A DNA stretch of 64,000 nucleotides from Heterodontus francisci (Eukaryota): positions 31,698,432 to 31,762,431 of the forward strand of contig NC_090411.1 in NCBI RefSeq assembly GCF_036365525.1, written 5' to 3'. The translations under genes and the position numbers were made by a program. The notes beneath the pieces were generated by a model. It saw only the letters and a list, made by a program, of their open reading frames with translations, was not told the DNA's origin and did no database searches. This document shows, piece after piece, positions 54,169-64,000 of this stretch (position 1 is its first letter; every line of letters begins with the position of its first letter).

Positions 54169-54449
54169 GCCCCTCAAGCCTGTTCCACCATTCAATTAGA
54201 TCATGGTTTGTCTCTTAAGGCCATTTATCTGCATTGGATCCATATTGCTTCATACCAAACCTAACAAAAATCTAACAGTCTCAGTTTTGAAATGTTTAAT
54301 TGATGTCAATATTTTGGGGGAGAGAATTCCAGATTTCCATTTCCCCTTTTGTAAGAAATGCTTCCTGACATCACCCCTGAATGGTCTAGCTCTAATTTTA
54401 AGATGATGCCCCCTATCCTGGACTGAGAAAATAGTTTCTCTCTATATAC

Positions 54450-55956
54450 TGTTCTGACTGAGGTGGGAGGAGTGCATAGTTTTTTCTAGTTCCACTTCTC
54501 CACAGGTCACAACATATATTTAAATGTTTACCCAGTTACCAATACGGTCAATCATAGACTCTATTTTTACCCCAAAGTAAAATACAACAACCAGGTTTCT
54601 TTAATAAACAACAAAATTATCAGTTTATTATAAAACAAGACTTAACTAGTAACAAAGCATTAACAGAGAGATTGCAATATGAAAGTTCCCTTTTATCTTA
54701 GCCCCTCACATTAAAGGCCTGCTCAGGGCACGAAGAAAAACCCGACGCGATCCCAACAGAACCACATCGGAACCCGAGCCCGATCCGGCCCGAGTCCCTC
54801 CATTTTCTTCCCACGCCCGACCTGACCTGAGCCTGACCCAACCCGAACGGAGCTGAGCCCAACCCGACCACCGGAATGTTCCTTTTAGCTCCCTTGCAAC
54901 TCCCAATCTGCAGGAAGCTACAACATGAGTGTGATGACGTCATAGGGACGCTCACTCGCTCACCGCGCAGACTCAGAGTTTCCCTCTTTGACGTCCTGGA
55001 CTCCCAGCTCAGGTAAGTTTTTTATTTTTGACACTTCTTGCTGTGTGTGTCCGACCCAGATCCAGCCCGACCCGAGCTCAAAAGCCGGACCCGAAAGAGC
55101 GACCCGACCCGACCTGACCTGTACCCGACATGACCTGTACCCGACACATGTCGTCGGGTCCCGTCGTGTTAGGGTCGGGTAGCAGGCCTTTACCTCACAC
55201 TGACACATACACACACACACTGGATAACCGGAAAAAGAGATTTTCTTTTTAGAGTTCTGTCATTTAAAAAAGACAAAAAGAATACTTTGGCCAATTACTT
55301 GCTAATTCTTGAAGAAAAAAAGAGAAGATATGGAAAGATGTCAGTTGTCCCTTTTTTGGTTTGGCGTCCCAAATACGTGTAGACAGCTGGCACTGGGATC
55401 TTTCTAGAACAGTTCTTTCAGGCGATGTTGAAGATCAGTTTGGCAGGTTTTCCAGGTGAGATGCACCATCAGGGGTTTCTGGCTGCCTTTTCAGGAGACA
55501 TGCAGCATCAGTTTCTCTATTTCTTACACTTAATTCACAGGAAGTTCTCAAAAAGATGGAAGAGGATGCTGATGGTGACTGCTCTCTTGACTGGTTTTCT
55601 CCAATTGTCTTCATAACAGTTCACACTCCAACACATTGTCCAAAGCAAAACCAGAGTCCAAGCAAACCAAAATCAAGAGTCAAGCCTCCTGACCCCTATA
55701 AATCTTGACCTGTCACTTCTCTGTAAACATCTTCTCCATGTCAAAAAGCCCCTGCTAGGATAATTATCCGAAAACAGGAGACTGCCAGTGTGCGTTGTTC
55801 ACCACAAATCCTCTCAGTGTCCTTTCAATGACTCCAGTGAAAAGAACATCCATAGAATCCTTTTCAGTTTTCCCAAAATAAAACAATGGCCACAAATTTA
55901 AAATATGAGTCTGCCAAAAAAAACCTAACAAGAAATGTTGCAGCACCGTCATAACA
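54450..55956 (-). mobile_element. Solo LTR interrupted by a hAT element, within old CR1 (about 54142-56725)
   Basis: TGTTCTGAC...GTCATAACA termini; same site as the other copies. Confidence 0.72.
54712..55192. mobile_element. Non-autonomous hAT DNA transposon, 481 bp
   Basis: TIR TAAAGGCCTGCT, TSD CCTCACAT/CCTCACAC, many ACCCGA subterminal repeats, central TGACGTCA. Confidence 0.9.
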
Positions 55957-58040
55957 ATAACTTATCAAATCTATTATTCAGGTTCAACACATCAATTATA
56001 ATCATTCTTTAATCTTCTATACTTGAGGAATACAAGAGTCGTTAATGCAAACTGTCCTTGAAATTTAACCCTTTTATCCCTGGTATCATTTTGGTGAATC
56101 TGTGCTGCATTCCCACAAAGGTTAATATATCAGAGCTGAACACAGTACTCCAGATGTGATCTAACAAATAAAGCATAACCTCCACCCCTTTGTATTCCAG
56201 CACCCTTGAGATGAAGACTAACAGTCTATTAGACGTTTTAATTCATTTAAGTACCTGTCCACTAGCTTTTAGTAATTTCTGTACACAGACCCCAAACTCT
56301 CTCTGCTCCTCCACAGTTCCTAGCTCTTCACCATTTAGAAAATGCTCTGATTTATCTCTCTCTATCCTCGCTCAATCTCACATTGAAATTCATCTAACAC
56401 ATTTTTGGCTACTCACTTATTCTATCAATGTCTCTTCAATTTTCTGCTCTAATTTACTCTACTTGCTGTATTACCTAACTTAGTGTCGTTTGGATATATG
56501 ACTCTCAATTCCTTTGTGTTATTTATAAATGCATTGAAAAACCGAGACCCTGGTACAGATCCCTGGGAGAGATGACTAGTCATATCCTGCCAATTGGAGT
56601 TCATACCCATTATCCCTACTCTCTGTTTCCTACCTCCCAACTAATTCCACAACCATGTCTAAAGGTTTCCTCCAATTCCACGTGCTTCTGATTTGCCTAT
56701 TCTCTTCAGTAGAATCTTGGCAATGATGTATTTGATGTTGGCTTCTTGGAGTTTTCTCAAAGTGAATCTGTTCTCAGCTTCAGAGTTTGTCAACATAATC
56801 GCAGAAGTCTGCAAATGGAAATTTATTTTGTGTTGAGCACAATTGGATCCATCTCTTGGAGAATTGACACTGCACTTGATGGGTCTAGAATGAATCTATG
56901 ATACCAACGTTGACCACAATAGATTGAAAGATATTGGCCAGCCCGAGACATTGCACAGTGAATCTGCAAAGCAACCGACATGTTGGGGAAATAAAAAGCG
57001 AAGCGCTTCAAACAGAACTCTGTTGCTCTGTCTCAGTGTAACTTGGAAATCTACCCCATGGAATTTAAGAGTTATAAAGTCCTGTGTTGTTGCTTCTACA
57101 GGAAAGATATCTATTGAGACTTGATTACAAGGGAAGATTTTATCTGAAATAGAGAGTGTTATAACTATGACCCAAGTATTTCTGCATTCACTCATCCCAG
57201 ACATTGGGAAGTAGGGCTCTTAGTAGTTGAACAAATGACAACCCGGCCCAGAGGCAGATTAAGATGGTGTATAGTGTATAGAGTCTGAGTCATTTTTGAC
57301 AGAGGAGGCCATTTGGGCCAGAGTCTCTGGTGACTAGTACAATACATTCAGTCCCATTCCCCTGTTTTCATCCAATCTCCTTTTGAAATCATTTATTGGC
57401 TGCACTGCCACCATCTTCATAAGCTGGAAGTACCAGGTCATTCACCCTGGCTGTATAAAAAGAAATGTTCTCCTCCCATTCTCCTACCCAAATCCCTTAA
57501 GTAGTATTCCTGCATACTTGCACTATCAGCTAACAGGAATAGATCTTCCTTTGTTTACTTGTCAACATCTTCACATCTCCATCAACTCTCTCTGCATTGC
57601 CCTTTGCTCCAATGAGAACAAAAGGCAAGTGAAGGCACTACTTCAGCATCCCTTTCTCCTGCCCCACAACTGCATGACATTTCATCTGCATCAAAATTAC
57701 ATATTTCACATATCCCCTACAAGTTTCTCAGTGACAAATAGAAGATGTGAGCAAACTACCCTAGGCAGACATTGAATCAAGTTGAGGAAGCTGGATGTAG
57801 GAGGGCAAAAATTAACCAGCATGTTAAAGTTTCAGTAGAATCAACTATTACACAGCTCAGTATTTTGATCAGAATAATGAAATGAGTTACTTATTTATAG
57901 AGAAAAAAAAAAATCAGTCCCCGATAAATACTTTTATTTCCACATACAGCAAGAGATGAGAAAACTACATATTAGCCAGAAATGGATCACATTTTATTTC
58001 AACCAATACATTATAGAACTAAATGATTCCAGAATGCTAA

Positions 58041-63330
<5,290 letters not shown>

Positions 63331-63398
63331 AATCTTTACTGCTAACAGAAGCTAAGTTTAAACAACAGCAAATAACTGCTTCCTACACAAGCTCTTGT

Positions 63399-63618
63399 AT
63401 TTATACTGCTGGGTCAGCCTATAGTCAAACAGGGAATGACATCATTAATGATGATTGACAATTCCAGGTAGCCAGTCAGGAATAGTTCCTGAATCCAGGC
63501 ACCAGTTAACAATGTAGTCAGGCTGTGGGGGTTGGACCCAGAGACAATGAGAGCTGTGGAATACAGGCAGGTTTGGATGATTATATTGTGATTGGTAGGA
63601 ACAGGATGAGGCCATTCA
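63399..63618 (-). promoter_or_regulatory. Proximal promoter of ferritin H
   Basis: TATAAATA at 63399-63406 and palindrome; the distal box reads CCATT rather than CCAAT. Confidence 0.7.
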
Positions 63619-64000
63619 GCCCCTCAAGCCTATTCAATTAGATCATGGTTTGTGTTTTAAGGCCATTTACCTGCATTGGTTCCATATTGTTTCATACCCG
63701 TACCTAACAAAAATCTAACAGTCTCGGTTTTGGGGGAGAGAGTTCCAGATTTCCATTTCCCTTTTTGTGAAGAAATACTTCTTGACGTCACCCCTAAATG
63801 GCCGAGCTCTAATTTTAAGATTAAACCCCCTGTCCTGGACTACGCTACTGATGGAAATAGTTTCTCTCTATGTACCCTATCAAATCCATTAATCATGTTC
63901 AATACATCAACTGTAATCATTCTTTAATCATCTATACTCGAGGGAATACAAGACTCTTCTATTCAAACTGTACACATAATCTAATCCTGTTATCCCTGGT
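63596..64000 (-). mobile_element. Old CR1 3' fragment without the solo LTR
   Basis: Homologous to the upstream CR1 of the other genes and reads straight through the LTR insertion site near 63875. Confidence 0.72.

Noticed and set aside
54760-55150. ACCCGA short repeats as a CRISPR-like or satellite array
   Set aside because: Irregular spacing, eukaryotic context, and enclosed by hAT TIRs and an 8-bp TSD; these are subterminal repeats.

Overview
Vertebrate genomic DNA, most likely a shark or other cartilaginous fish, judged from the HE1/V-SINE-like SINEs and the CR1 and Penelope families. The whole window is a head-to-tail tandem array of four-exon ferritin genes (H/M type, 173-174 aa) on the minus strand. 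It holds seven complete ORFs (B, D1, E1, D2, E2, F, H), one gene running off the left edge (A, exon 1 only) and three relics (C1, C2, G). Each promoter has a TATA box only about 70 nt from the ATG, and no iron-responsive element is visible. Between and inside the genes are old and young CR1 LINEs, solo LTRs, a non-autonomous hAT element, tRNA-derived SINEs and Penelope-like elements whose pseudo-LTRs carry minimal hammerhead ribozymes. A recent tandem duplication (about 8.7-24.1 kb versus about 24.1-47.4 kb) and several recombinant genes can be read from shared insertions. All coordinates and comparisons were done by eye; TE family names are class-level calls.
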